Positions 28,474 through 38,760 of a stretch of 57,417 bases of DNA are shown here, piece by piece. The translations under genes and the position numbers were made by a program. The notes beneath the pieces were generated by a model. It had not been told where the DNA came from, ran no database searches, and was given only the letters and a program-made list of their open reading frames with translations. The stretch is taken from contig JAPOOC010000007.1 in the NCBI GenBank assembly GCA_026713605.1, positions 1 to 57,417 on the forward strand. The letters run 5' to 3'. How positions within the stretch are numbered: the stretch's first letter is position 1; the number at the start of each line of letters is the position of its first letter. Source of the DNA: Candidatus Kaiserbacteria bacterium (GTDB lineage: Bacteria; Patescibacteriota; Minisyncoccia; Phycocordibacterales; JABAAK01).

Positions 28474-30021
28474 GTGAAGAAAGAAACAGGGAGCACCTTA
28501 CATGCCTACACCTACAGCACGCAGCGAGTTTCACTGGCGGCACGAACAGTGCGGGTTGAGGCAGACATATCACCCGGCATCCACTCATTTTCCATCATTG
28601 GACTCCCGGACAAGGCAGTTGATGAGGCGCGAGAACGGGTCTCTGCAGCAATAAAACACGCCGGCCTCGTATCACCAAAGCGACAGAATCATAAAGTTGT
28701 CGTCTCCCTTGCGCCAGGGGATCTCAAAAAAACAGGCACACTGTTCGATGTGCCGATCGCCCTCACCTACCTACTGGCTATGAAGAATATCCGATGTAAT
28801 CCAGAAAAAAAGATGTTTGTCGGAGAACTGGCACTGGACGGCAGTATCCAGCAAACACAGGGCATCCTGCCAATCGTGCAGCATGCAAAGAAAAACAGTT
28901 TTGAAGAAGTGTATATCCCTGCAGGTAACACCGAAGAGGCGACACTGATCGACGGGATACACATCATCCCATGCAAATCACTACAGGAACTCATCGCCCA
29001 CCTACAGTCCGAGACATCCATACCGCCGGTGGTGCCTTCGTATGTTCCTGCCGACCGCACGCATCACTACATCGGCTTCGAGTACATTAAAGGGCAGGAA
29101 AGTGTAAAGCGGGCACTCACCGTTGCTGGCGCAGGTGGGCATAATGTAGCACTATACGGACCGCCGGGTACCGGAAAAACATTACTGGCAAAAGCACTCA
29201 TTAGTATCCTCCCACCACTAACAAAAGATGAATGTGTTGAAGTAACCGCCCTGCACTCCATATCCCACAACGCTCCCTCTGCGCCAATGAAGGTGCCACC
29301 ATTTCGCAGCCCACATCATACTTCCTCATACGCATCAATAACCGGTGGTGGCGCGGCACTACGCCCAGGGGAAATATCTTTAGCACATCGTGGGGTACTT
29401 TTTCTAGACGAATTTCCTGAATTTGATCGACGAGTTATTGAGTCGTTACGAGAGCCGCTCGAAGAGCACGCCATCACGGTTACCAGAGCAAGCGGATCAG
29501 TCAGTTTCCCCGCATCGTGCATTTTAGCTATCGCATTTAACTTATGTCCATGTGGCAATACCGGCACCGACAGGATGTGCTCCTGCTCACCATCTGCGAA
29601 GGCGTCGTATCGTCGAAAGCTCACCGGTCCCATCACCGATCGCATTGATGTGTGGGTTTCAGTAGAGGCGAGTGGCTTTGATGATCTGGAGAAAAAACAA
29701 GCACCACAGAACACCGAACAATCTCATGCGGTCAAAATAGCAGTACGCAAGGCACGAGAGATGCAGATCAAGCGGTACACAGACACACATATTCATTTGA
29801 ACAGTGAAGCCGACGCACGAATCATTGAAAGCCATCTCGCCATGCCACCAGAGTCAGTGTCTGTTTTGCAGTCCGCAGCAACAAAACTATCGCTATCACC
29901 GCGTGGCTACCATCGCACGATCAAGTGTGCGAGGACCATCGCCGATTTAGCAGAAAGTACAAACATTCTCCCTGATCATATACTGGAGGCAGTAACCTAC
30001 CGAACACCGCCGGTAGAGTGA
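28474..30021 (+). CDS. comM: YifB/ComM Mg-chelatase-like AAA+ ATPase
   Basis: IIGLPDKAVDEARERV, GELALDG, GPPGTGKT, GEISLAHRGVLFLDEFPEF. GTG 28474 is preferred (ATG 28456 is an alternative). Confidence 0.93.
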   Translation: MKKETGSTLHAYTYSTQRVSLAARTVRVEADISPGIHSFSIIGLPDKAVDEARERVSAAIKHAGLVSPKRQNHKVVVSLAPGDLKKTGTLFDVPIALTYLLAMKNIRCNPEKKMFVGELALDGSIQQTQGILPIVQHAKKNSFEEVYIPAGNTEEATLIDGIHIIPCKSLQELIAHLQSETSIPPVVPSYVPADRTHHYIGFEYIKGQESVKRALTVAGAGGHNVALYGPPGTGKTLLAKALISILPPLTKDECVEVTALHSISHNAPSAPMKVPPFRSPHHTSSYASITGGGAALRPGEISLAHRGVLFLDEFPEFDRRVIESLREPLEEHAITVTRASGSVSFPASCILAIAFNLCPCGNTGTDRMCSCSPSAKASYRRKLTGPITDRIDVWVSVEASGFDDLEKKQAPQNTEQSHAVKIAVRKAREMQIKRYTDTHIHLNSEADARIIESHLAMPPESVSVLQSAATKLSLSPRGYHRTIKCARTIADLAESTNILPDHILEAVTYRTPPVE

Positions 30022-30068
30022 GTTTTGGTGGCGTATGGTTTGCAAAAATAGGGTGGTATTATGAAAAC

Positions 30069-32141
30069 ATGAGACCTTCCTCTACCCAGGGTTTTACACT
30101 CATTGAGATGATTGTCGCTATTGGATTGGCAAGCATTGTACTAACCGCGTTGCTGAGCTTTTTTACTGCTTTTATTGGGCATCAAGCGCGAGTGCAAGAC
30201 GAGCGGATCGCACTTGAAACCGTTCGATTTTTTTTCTCTGAACTATCGCGTGAAACCTACTTCGGATACGATTACACTTGTGGGCAGGATGTTGGGGGTG
30301 AGTGTCGCTGTTTAGCATTCACCGATCAATCAGGGAAGCGGGTAAAAGTTTGGTATGACAGTACAAACAAGCAGGTAAAACGAGCAGTAAAATTATTTGA
30401 CGCAAATCCAAATGTGTGCAGTTCTGCTGACGGGTGGGTACCATTTACCGATAACGCCGTCTCAGTGACAAAACTCGCATTTGAATTAGAAAGTAATGCA
30501 ACAAAGCAACCACGCATACAGGCGCAAATTGATGCGGAATATGTTGTTGATAACAATACAGAGCGTGTCTCATTCAAAACACAAATTACCAATCGTATAC
30601 TTGAGCCAAATCAAAATGTCTTAAACACTTTCGTTGCAGGATCCGAAAGTGAAAACACCGCCGTCATACATCACTATGCCTACGGTCCAAGGATAAATGG
30701 GTCAGGACAGTATCTGGGCAAAGGCAGCACCGTCGTGACTGATGCAAAAGATGCTGAGGTTGTGTGTCGTGACGGAGCAGGAAATGTATTCTTGGACAGT
30801 TTTTGTGAAAAAAGTGTGCAAATAACAATGGTTGAAATGACAAGTGACGGACTATACATACTCGGTAACAACGGACTGCTATTCTTCATGCCGCAAGCGT
30901 CCATTGATGACGCGCTGAAAGCGAGTGGTGGTGTCAATGGTGGAAATCCGGTGTATAAGGTGTCATCAGATATACAAAATACCATTGTGCGAGTGCTGGG
31001 GAAGAGGTTCGGCAGCACAAACTGTCGCTTTTGTGCAAACGACCCAAGAAGTATCACCTCAATCCACACTGCTGGCAATTACCTGTATGCACGATCATAC
31101 AACGGGGCACTCTATAGAGTTGAAAACACTTCCGCTGTTCGTATTATGGCGGGTGGTGTAAATAAAAACACCGTGCGACGCATAGATAGCAATGCTAATC
31201 GAGTACTTGTGTACTTTAGAGACGCTGTAGGCAACCGAACGGTCCGTCTATTCAGTGGCGATAGCAGTATCAGCACAAGTGACATTATCGGCGGATGTAG
31301 CGAATTTGCGTATGTGCCGAGAGATTCCATGAGCAGCCGATGCCGACAACTGTATCCAGATCCAAACATAAACAATGGAGTTGCCATTACACCAAACGAC
31401 ATTAGTAGCATCTCTTTCAGATTCCTTGACGCACTACAGGTTATCAATGACACGATTTCACTCTGGTATCGAGATGGTACCGGTAAACATGTGGTATCAG
31501 TCGGTCAGGGAGCGACAAAACTGAAGCGGAGTGATGCGATTGCCGACAGCAGCACTTTCGTGTACGGCAACGGGTTGAATAAATATACCGCGATATGCAG
31601 CGGCGGTACCGGTCTTTGCGCCATGAATACCATAACCGACGCCACCCCCACCATGGTCACAACAAGCAACGCATCACCACTCATTGACCACCTCCACTTT
31701 AAAGGTCTCCCCATAGCCATCAATGAAAACGGGCGGTTAGTATACTTCAGTGGTGTGGCGGCATCTGACACCACAACCGAAATTTCGGTGTACAACAAAA
31801 ATGGCACAGTAGAGAACACGCAACGGATACTCTGCGATACAACCATACTCAATAATCAACAGGTCGTCTTAAAAACACTTTCCAGCAGGCATCCAAATAA
31901 AGATATTGTGGCTGCAACAGGAAGATCTCTCATTACTGGATATGTTGACGAGGTATATCTTCTGGAGCCAACAACTACCACAAAAGAGCAGTATGCAGGA
32001 ACAGAGTTAAACATCGTCTGCAGCGACACAGATCACATAGAGCGATACCATCTCCCAAAAACAACAGGACCAGCAGGTGGTCTGGATATACTCCGACTCC
32101 ACGGTGTGGAGTTTTGGGAAAAAAAGCCAGCAAAACCATAA
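30069..32141 (+). CDS. Type IV prepilin (PilW-like) with large C-terminal beta-rich extension
   Basis: Class III signal G|FTLIEMIVAI; about 175-aa pilin domain followed by about 500 aa with blade-like repeats. Confidence 0.85.
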   Translation: MRPSSTQGFTLIEMIVAIGLASIVLTALLSFFTAFIGHQARVQDERIALETVRFFFSELSRETYFGYDYTCGQDVGGECRCLAFTDQSGKRVKVWYDSTNKQVKRAVKLFDANPNVCSSADGWVPFTDNAVSVTKLAFELESNATKQPRIQAQIDAEYVVDNNTERVSFKTQITNRILEPNQNVLNTFVAGSESENTAVIHHYAYGPRINGSGQYLGKGSTVVTDAKDAEVVCRDGAGNVFLDSFCEKSVQITMVEMTSDGLYILGNNGLLFFMPQASIDDALKASGGVNGGNPVYKVSSDIQNTIVRVLGKRFGSTNCRFCANDPRSITSIHTAGNYLYARSYNGALYRVENTSAVRIMAGGVNKNTVRRIDSNANRVLVYFRDAVGNRTVRLFSGDSSISTSDIIGGCSEFAYVPRDSMSSRCRQLYPDPNINNGVAITPNDISSISFRFLDALQVINDTISLWYRDGTGKHVVSVGQGATKLKRSDAIADSSTFVYGNGLNKYTAICSGGTGLCAMNTITDATPTMVTTSNASPLIDHLHFKGLPIAINENGRLVYFSGVAASDTTTEISVYNKNGTVENTQRILCDTTILNNQQVVLKTLSSRHPNKDIVAATGRSLITGYVDEVYLLEPTTTTKEQYAGTELNIVCSDTDHIERYHLPKTTGPAGGLDILRLHGVEFWEKKPAKP

Positions 32142-32229
32142 AGATTATTTTTTGAAACAAATCTCTGAGCAGGCACAGTAAAAACAATCAAAATTTTTGA
32201 TTTTGTGGATGTGCGGTACTCTGTAAGTA

Positions 32230-33054
32230 ATGAGAAAGAGGGGATTAAAAAGTAAGATACGGGTTTGGTTTTTGCGCCGATCAACGCAGAGAGCGTTACG
32301 ATTTGCCACTCGTATTTTTTTGGTAATAAGTATCGTAGCCATTGTTGCGGCGACCGCCCTACACCTACCGTTTGTTTCAGTACGGTCAATTTCCATCGCG
32401 CCGGAATCAAGCATTGATCAGGCGGTACGAGCAGAGATGCTTGCATACGCAAAGCGCATGCTCAAGAAGCGGGTATACGGAGTATCGGGAAAGACGCGGT
32501 ACTTTTTTAAAAAACAGGAGTTTGAAGATCTGTTACGCACAACCTTTTTGCAGGCAGACGCCGATACCATTCGTGTGGAGTCAGATTTTTTAAACAAATG
32601 GCGCATCGTCGCAAAGGAAAGGGCATCATTTGGCACCTATTGCCAGGGTGCGCGATGCCTGATTATTGACACAAAAGGAGTAGCATTTATGGAGACAGAC
32701 ATAACAGTCGGTAATACGCTGGTCATATCCGACACAGTACACCTCGGCAGTCGGGTGTTCAGTGACGACGAGTCAGCAGTAAAAGATTTTCAAAAAATAC
32801 CAGAGATAGTCCACTACCTTGAGAGCGGCGGTTTTTTGGTAAAGACGATTTCATTACGACAGGACACGCGAGTGGTACACATAGAGCTTGAAAACGGCAT
32901 CGGTATTTGGCTTGATAGTAGTGAAGCACTATACGACACAACTCGAGCACTACACATCGTATTTGAGGAGGTGTTTTCTGATACAGAGAAACAAGCAACA
33001 ATTATATCGGTTGATGTGCGCAATCCATTAAGTATTTTGTATGAAAAAAAGTGA
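32230..33054 (+). CDS. ftsQ: FtsQ/DivIB-like cell division protein
   Basis: Basic N-terminus, TM helix, POTRA-like segment (VRSISI), C-terminal [13 protein letters not shown]. Confidence 0.65.
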   Translation: MRKRGLKSKIRVWFLRRSTQRALRFATRIFLVISIVAIVAATALHLPFVSVRSISIAPESSIDQAVRAEMLAYAKRMLKKRVYGVSGKTRYFFKKQEFEDLLRTTFLQADADTIRVESDFLNKWRIVAKERASFGTYCQGARCLIIDTKGVAFMETDITVGNTLVISDTVHLGSRVFSDDESAVKDFQKIPEIVHYLESGGFLVKTISLRQDTRVVHIELENGIGIWLDSSEALYDTTRALHIVFEEVFSDTEKQATIISVDVRNPLSILYEKK

Positions 33055-34036
33055 TTCTTTCTGGAGCAGATTGCCACGACCATTTTTTGCACTTGCGCCA
33101 ATGGCAGATGTGACGGATGTGTCGTTTCGGGCAATGTTTGCAAAGTACGGTAAACCAGATGTGTTCTGGACAGAGTTTGTGTCTGCTGATGGATTGTGCT
33201 CACCCGGTCGGGAAGCATTACAGATTGATTTGCTATTCGAGGAAGCGCAACGGCCAATTGTCGCACAGCTATTCACCAGCAAGCCGGAAAATATGTACAC
33301 CGCAGGAATGCTGGTGAAAGAACTTGGTTTTGATGGACTGGATATTAATATGGGGTGCCCTGATCGGAAGATTGAAAAGCAGGGGTGCGGATGCGACATG
33401 ATCAGAAACCCCGAAACGGCAGTTGCCATAATACACGCAGCGCAACAGACGGGATTGCCAGTATCAGTAAAAACCAGAATCGGTTACAACCATGATGAAA
33501 TTGATGTATGGGTACCGACCCTTCTGCAGACAGGAATTACTGCCTTATCAATGCACTTGCGAACCAGAAAAGAAATGTCAAAAGTGCCGGCACACTGGGA
33601 GTATATGCGTCGCATTGTCGCATTGCGAGATGATCTTGCGCCGGAAACCCTCATCGTTGGTAACGGCGATGTGGTGAACAGGGCGGACGGCGAACGAAAA
33701 GCGCAGGAAAGTGGCTGTGACGGCATCATGATCGGACGAGGCATCTTCGGCAATCCGTGGCTCTTTAACAAAACAACTTCTCGAGATGATCTGTCAATTA
33801 CAGAGCGACTGCAGGTGGTGGTAGAACACACAAAATGCTTTGAAGAAAAATTGCCAATGAAATCATTCAACCTAATGAAGAAACACTACAAAGCATACAT
33901 AGAGGGTTTTGACGGCGCAAAAGAACTTCGCACAAAACTAATGGAAGAGGCAAAAACCGCTGCTGATGTTGAACGAAGTATAAAGGCATTTCTCAGCAAC
34001 AAGCAAGACAGTTACGCAGTGTCATCAGATGGTTGA
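33041..34036 (+). CDS. dus: tRNA-dihydrouridine synthase
   Basis: [42 protein letters not shown]. Confidence 0.95.
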   Translation: MKKSDSFWSRLPRPFFALAPMADVTDVSFRAMFAKYGKPDVFWTEFVSADGLCSPGREALQIDLLFEEAQRPIVAQLFTSKPENMYTAGMLVKELGFDGLDINMGCPDRKIEKQGCGCDMIRNPETAVAIIHAAQQTGLPVSVKTRIGYNHDEIDVWVPTLLQTGITALSMHLRTRKEMSKVPAHWEYMRRIVALRDDLAPETLIVGNGDVVNRADGERKAQESGCDGIMIGRGIFGNPWLFNKTTSRDDLSITERLQVVVEHTKCFEEKLPMKSFNLMKKHYKAYIEGFDGAKELRTKLMEEAKTAADVERSIKAFLSNKQDSYAVSSDG

Positions 34037-34584
34037 GGTTTTTCCGACTGCTCCGACGGTGTTTCTGCTGCCACCTGCTGTTGTTTGGTTTCTTGCGCCT
34101 CCTGCTTCGGTCGATCGTCTTGCGGTAGTTCCGATTGCTTCTCCGCTTCAGCACGCTCTTGTTCTTGGCTGTCTGAAACCTCTTGCTGCTGCTTTGGTTC
34201 GGGGACTACAGCATCTTTAATAACGGCAACTGTGTTACGAAGTTTTTCACGGAGCTGTTTTGGTGTCCTACCACGAAGAAAATACAGTTTTGCGCGACGA
34301 GTTTTGACCTGTTGCACAATTTCTATGCGATCTATGGTGGGAGTGTAGAGGGGAAAGATTTTCTCCACAGCAACACCATCAGTACCAACCCGTCGGACGG
34401 TAAAAGTCGCACCTGACTCAATGCCGTGCTTGCGGGCAATGACGGTACCCTCAAAAACCTGTATCCGTGTCTTATCCTTTTCCTGAATCTTCTGGTGAAC
34501 ACGCACGGTGTCTCCTACGCCAAAGACAACAGCACGACGCGCCTGCACATCTATCGGAGCTATTTGTTGATCGGTGAGTATCAT
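34012..34584 (-). CDS. rplS: 50S ribosomal protein L19 with acidic C-terminal tail
   Basis: [37 protein letters not shown]. Confidence 0.96.
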   Translation of the reverse strand: MILTDQQIAPIDVQARRAVVFGVGDTVRVHQKIQEKDKTRIQVFEGTVIARKHGIESGATFTVRRVGTDGVAVEKIFPLYTPTIDRIEIVQQVKTRRAKLYFLRGRTPKQLREKLRNTVAVIKDAVVPEPKQQQEVSDSQEQERAEAEKQSELPQDDRPKQEAQETKQQQVAAETPSEQSEKPQPSDDTA

Positions 34585-34642
34585 AGGAGGTATGATACCA
34601 CAACTACAGAAACGCTACAAGGGATAGTATACTAAACACAGT

Positions 34643-37600
34643 ATGCGCATATACACATCGGTACTAATGGGTGTTCTTATCACCACCGTACTCATTCTCT
34701 CACCTGTCGTTTTTGTAAAGGCATACGGACAGCGTGGATTGTCCTCAACGGAATTTGAAGATCTGGGTAAGCTAGGCATTAGACCGACCGCAATGACACT
34801 TGGAGATATAAAAGAAGTATATTTTGAAGATAACTTTGAATTCGTTAACTCTGAATACAATATTGTACTGTTCCGAATCCCTGTTAATACTGTGGACTGC
34901 AGTGAAATACAACCAGAGCAAGACCTTAAAAATAATTTTTTTTATGTAAAATATTTAGGAAGCGAAGAAAGCAAAGACCTTGCCGATATGGGAATTCCAA
35001 AAGTTGAAGTGTATAGAGTGTTCTTTCGGAATCCTGAAGATGATAAACTCAATACAACACTCAAGTCACACTTTTATGACACTGTAGATATTGACTTGTG
35101 GGGAAGAGTTGACAAGAATTCACCTTGTGATTCTGATAACAAAAAGAGCGGAACGAAGGGGGTAACACAGCTTGGGATAGATTTAGATAACTTTTATGAA
35201 GAAGATATAGAGTATAAAAAGAATGATTGTGAGATTGAAGTTAACGAGTTTGAGGATAGTGCTGCGTGGTTAGATATCCCCAATAACTGTTTTAGGAATG
35301 CAGAAAAATCAGGAGCACATATAACAAAGGTAGATATAGAATTACCAAAGGAAATCACCGATAAAATTAAAATTAAGCCCCGCGATGGAACCAACAAGAG
35401 GTTTATCAAAATAACAGATGCTCCTGAAGTGACAAAAAGAGGGGACGCAGAAAGTAAATATACTATAAATTTTTCAGCACATTATTGTGTCAAAAATATT
35501 AATGAAGTTACAAAAAAAGGTGATCCCGCAGAGCCTGATCACGATAAATGCACCACAGCACCAGAAACAAAAGACGGAGTAATAACAGTCATAGTAAAAA
35601 ATACCTATGACGAACCGAAAGTGACGGGTTGTGCCCAACCTGACCCAAGGTGTGGTTCGGCAACAGCGGCGGTGTCCGGATCGAGTTGCTTCACAGGGAC
35701 AGGATTAAACATTAATCCATCGGATGAAGAAGTTCCAAGCCTTTCCATCGGACTGGGCGGAGATGCGACACAGGAGTATAAGGCATGTAATACACACCCC
35801 CGCAGGGGAAAGATATGCGCAGGTCCGGCAACAATAACATTCAGAAATTTACGAGACGGACAGGGATGCACAACAACACCAGGAATTGAAAAACCGGTAA
35901 ATATAAAGATTGATGTAACAACCGGGCCAGAAGGAAGAGACATAGACATAATTGGAAACAAGGTTCGATCAATAACATTCACCGCAAGTGATACGAACAG
36001 AAACAGTCCTCTCTGGAGACATTGGTACCTAGCAAGAAAAAAGAAAGATGGCTATTTTCAGTTTGTAGCGTGCAACAAGGAAAACATCGCCAGCTGGGAT
36101 TCAGGTACCGCTGGACAGAGTGTCACACTGGATGAAGAGGGAGACAATAATGCGTATGTGTGTTTTGGAGCGAAGGAAGGAGAAGAGGAGTATTATTTGG
36201 GTAGAAAATATAGTGCGGTTATAGATACCCAAACCTACAACAGAGATGTCAGCTTTGCCGTTGCAGGGGCACCATCTAACCCATGGCTTACCGTATCTGG
36301 TACAGCAGAGCCAAGCGCAACGGTTGAGGTCGTCAAGGTAACAAGTAATGAAATTACCGTACCGCAGGAAAGCAACATCGTCACTGCCAGTCCAGCAACC
36401 GGTGTGTGGAGCACGATCATAACCAACGCTATAAACCCAGATCAAGACACTAATCTTGCCGTTGTAACAAGAGTAAGCGATGGATTACACGAGGTTGTGC
36501 AAACACACAAGACCACCATTCCGAGCAACCCAACCGGAGGCCCGCCACCCCCGCCTCCAGAGACAGAGACGGGAGACACCACTGGTGACGATACGAGTGG
36601 TGGAGGCGGGGGTGGTAGCACAGGAGAGGACACTAATCCGCAGGACACCAATCCGCAACGAGATAGACAACCCCCATTCACCATCAGGGCGGATACAAAC
36701 AGCATCACCGAAGGGGCAAGTATTACTTGGACTGTCACAAAAGGAGAAGATGCAACGACAGCAGGCGCCACTGTCTCTTGCACAGAGCAGGGTGAGTGGG
36801 GAGCAACACCGCTGGAGAAAAAGGTGTCCATACAAACTGCTGGCAACACTACATCTTTCACAATGAAAACCGCTGATGACGAAACTGTTGAGTCAGTAGG
36901 CAGTATTACCTGTTCTGTTACTGGCAGTCGGTATATCGTAAAGGTTTTCAGTAACGACAAAGATTCAGGATTAATTGTGGATTGCACATTCGGCTCTGAA
37001 AAAGATGAAACAGGTAGAAAGGAGAAAGAGCAGTGCGGTATCAAGCACTTATTCCAATTAGCAAATAACATAATGAAACTCCTACTATGGCTTGCGATTA
37101 CCGGAGCGGGGATATTGCTTTTCTACAAGGGGGCGAGATTGGCAATCAATGTGTTTGTGAAAGGCGGTGATCAGCAGGCGAGAAAAGATATGCAGAGTGC
37201 ACTAAAAGCAATTGCTTTCGGCTTATTATTCGTCCTCAGCGCCTATCTCATCGTCAAAGCCGGATTTGACATCATCGGGTACAACCTCAATGGCGGTAAT
37301 CCATTCGTGTGGAATGAATCATCACTACAAACTCCAGAAGTGCCAGAGCCGGCAAGACAGGAACCGCCTGCAAACCCAAGCACTGCAGGAACCCAACCAC
37401 AACAGCCAGAACCAGTCGGCACCCTCTCACCCATTGAGGAGCCACAGCCACCAGAAGAAGAGCAACAACCAACTGCAGCACAGGAAACCGAGAAATGTGT
37501 GAGAAGGGTGAATGGCGAACTTAAAAAAATAGATTGCACCTGCACAAACTGCACAACCCTCACCCGCATAACCACCAAAAATAAAAACAAAGTACATGCT

Positions 37601-37972
37601 GATCTTGCGGAAAAATTATACGAGCTAAACGAAACAGCAGGTTTGAAGAGTTGGAGGGTAACGGAAGCGTGGCCAACAACATCAAGTCATAGCGGCGACT
37701 GCCACTATGTGGGTACTTGCGTTGATATTAATTTCATCAAGGTATCTCCAGACGACCTTCCAAGTGACGATGAAATAGCAAGCTTTATTGTGGCAGCCGA
37801 AGACGCTGGCTTGTTTGCGGTGTGGGAAACAAGGGACAGTAGTCGTGTAGCAGCGCTGCAGTCACGAAGTGATATTGAAGATAAAAATATCCAAGACTAC
37901 GAGGTACCTGACCATTTTTCTGTATATGATTGCAGTTTACCAGAACCTCCAAGGTTGTGTTCTGCCCCATAA
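34643..37972 (+). CDS. Giant CPR pilin-domain surface protein with Ig/Calx-beta-like domains and a C-terminal Hedgehog/M15-like Zn domain
   Basis: Signal peptide; Ig-like LTVSGTAEPSATVEV; Calx-beta-like SITEG...TADDETVE; two-TM pilin at about 36968-37282; RVTEAW...CHYVGTCVDI...DHFSV. Confidence 0.8.
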   Translation: MRIYTSVLMGVLITTVLILSPVVFVKAYGQRGLSSTEFEDLGKLGIRPTAMTLGDIKEVYFEDNFEFVNSEYNIVLFRIPVNTVDCSEIQPEQDLKNNFFYVKYLGSEESKDLADMGIPKVEVYRVFFRNPEDDKLNTTLKSHFYDTVDIDLWGRVDKNSPCDSDNKKSGTKGVTQLGIDLDNFYEEDIEYKKNDCEIEVNEFEDSAAWLDIPNNCFRNAEKSGAHITKVDIELPKEITDKIKIKPRDGTNKRFIKITDAPEVTKRGDAESKYTINFSAHYCVKNINEVTKKGDPAEPDHDKCTTAPETKDGVITVIVKNTYDEPKVTGCAQPDPRCGSATAAVSGSSCFTGTGLNINPSDEEVPSLSIGLGGDATQEYKACNTHPRRGKICAGPATITFRNLRDGQGCTTTPGIEKPVNIKIDVTTGPEGRDIDIIGNKVRSITFTASDTNRNSPLWRHWYLARKKKDGYFQFVACNKENIASWDSGTAGQSVTLDEEGDNNAYVCFGAKEGEEEYYLGRKYSAVIDTQTYNRDVSFAVAGAPSNPWLTVSGTAEPSATVEVVKVTSNEITVPQESNIVTASPATGVWSTIITNAINPDQDTNLAVVTRVSDGLHEVVQTHKTTIPSNPTGGPPPPPPETETGDTTGDDTSGGGGGGSTGEDTNPQDTNPQRDRQPPFTIRADTNSITEGASITWTVTKGEDATTAGATVSCTEQGEWGATPLEKKVSIQTAGNTTSFTMKTADDETVESVGSITCSVTGSRYIVKVFSNDKDSGLIVDCTFGSEKDETGRKEKEQCGIKHLFQLANNIMKLLLWLAITGAGILLFYKGARLAINVFVKGGDQQARKDMQSALKAIAFGLLFVLSAYLIVKAGFDIIGYNLNGGNPFVWNESSLQTPEVPEPARQEPPANPSTAGTQPQQPEPVGTLSPIEEPQPPEEEQQPTAAQETEKCVRRVNGELKKIDCTCTNCTTLTRITTKNKNKVHADLAEKLYELNETAGLKSWRVTEAWPTTSSHSGDCHYVGTCVDINFIKVSPDDLPSDDEIASFIVAAEDAGLFAVWETRDSSRVAALQSRSDIEDKNIQDYEVPDHFSVYDCSLPEPPRLCSAP
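36628..36657 (+). repeat. Short coding tandem repeat (DTNPQ x2) in a Pro/Gly linker
   Basis: GACACTAATCCGCAG-GACACCAATCCGCAA. Confidence 0.7.
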
Positions 37973-37978
37973 AAGGTG

Positions 37979-38094
37979 TGCTATACTACCTCTAACGAAG
38001 TTAATCCGCAGGGTTTTCTTTGTCCCACAAAAAAATTGGACAAAGATGATGCTGTGTGATATTGTTTCGTTAACGGGGCACAGAAAAGAATACT
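37979..38094 (+). promoter_or_regulatory. Extended -10 promoter and structured 5' leader of the rpsN operon
   Basis: TGcTATACT at 37979-37987. Nested inverted repeats TAACGAA/TTCGTTA (37993-37999/38066-38072) and TCTTTGTCC/GGACAAAGA (38017-38025/38038-38046). Confidence 0.6.
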
Positions 38095-38364
38095 ATGGCA
38101 AGAAAATCACTCATAGCGCGCAACCAAAAAAGAATACAGTTGGCACAAAAATACGCAAAAAAACGAGCGCAACTCAAGGCAGCAGGCGATTGGGAGGGGC
38201 TACAGAAACTGCCGAAAAATGCTTCTCCGGTACGGATCCGCAACCGCTGCTTCATAACCGGACGGTCACGCGGGTATATCCGTGCGTTCGGCTTATCACG
38301 GATATGTGTGCGGGAACAGGCACAAAAAGGGTACATACCCGGATTAAAGAAATCATCATGGTAA
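38095..38364 (+). CDS. rpsN: 30S ribosomal protein S14 (89-aa, non-Zn-ribbon type)
   Basis: [19 protein letters not shown]...[16 protein letters not shown]. Confidence 0.97.
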   Translation: MARKSLIARNQKRIQLAQKYAKKRAQLKAAGDWEGLQKLPKNASPVRIRNRCFITGRSRGYIRAFGLSRICVREQAQKGYIPGLKKSSW

Positions 38365-38759
38365 TGGTAACAGACAGCATCGCAGATCTCATCACTCGGA
38401 TTAAGAACGCCGGTATGGTGCGTAAAGAAAAGATTGAGATGCCGTATTCCAAAAAGAGAAACAGCATAGCGCAAAAACTGCGTGTCGCGAACTATATTGA
38501 CAATGTTGAGACACAGGGACACGGCATAAAAAAACAACTGATAATCACCCTCGCATACAACGAAGAGGGCAAGCACAAGGTAAAGGATGTAAAGCGAATC
38601 TCCAAGCCGGGACGACGGGTGTATGTCGGCGTACAAGATATTCGCCCGATTCGGAACAACCACGGCACCTTGTTTCTCTCAACGCCGAAAGGAATTTTAA
38701 CTGGAGACGAAGCGCGCAAGGGGCATGTTGGCGGGGAAGCACTTTTTTCAATTTGGTAA
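38364..38759 (+). CDS. rpsH: 30S ribosomal protein S8
   Basis: DSIADLITRIKNA, RISKPGRRVY, LSTPKGILT. Confidence 0.97.
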   Translation: MVTDSIADLITRIKNAGMVRKEKIEMPYSKKRNSIAQKLRVANYIDNVETQGHGIKKQLIITLAYNEEGKHKVKDVKRISKPGRRVYVGVQDIRPIRNNHGTLFLSTPKGILTGDEARKGHVGGEALFSIW

Positions 38760-38760
38760 T

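Noticed and set aside
23900-30021. Impression of a GC-skew change around pnp-comM
   Set aside because: Spot counts were inconsistent; a computed cumulative skew would be needed.
37869-38357. Apparent long N-terminal extension of rpsH
   Set aside because: It overlaps rpsN and its leader in another frame; S8 starts at about 38364.
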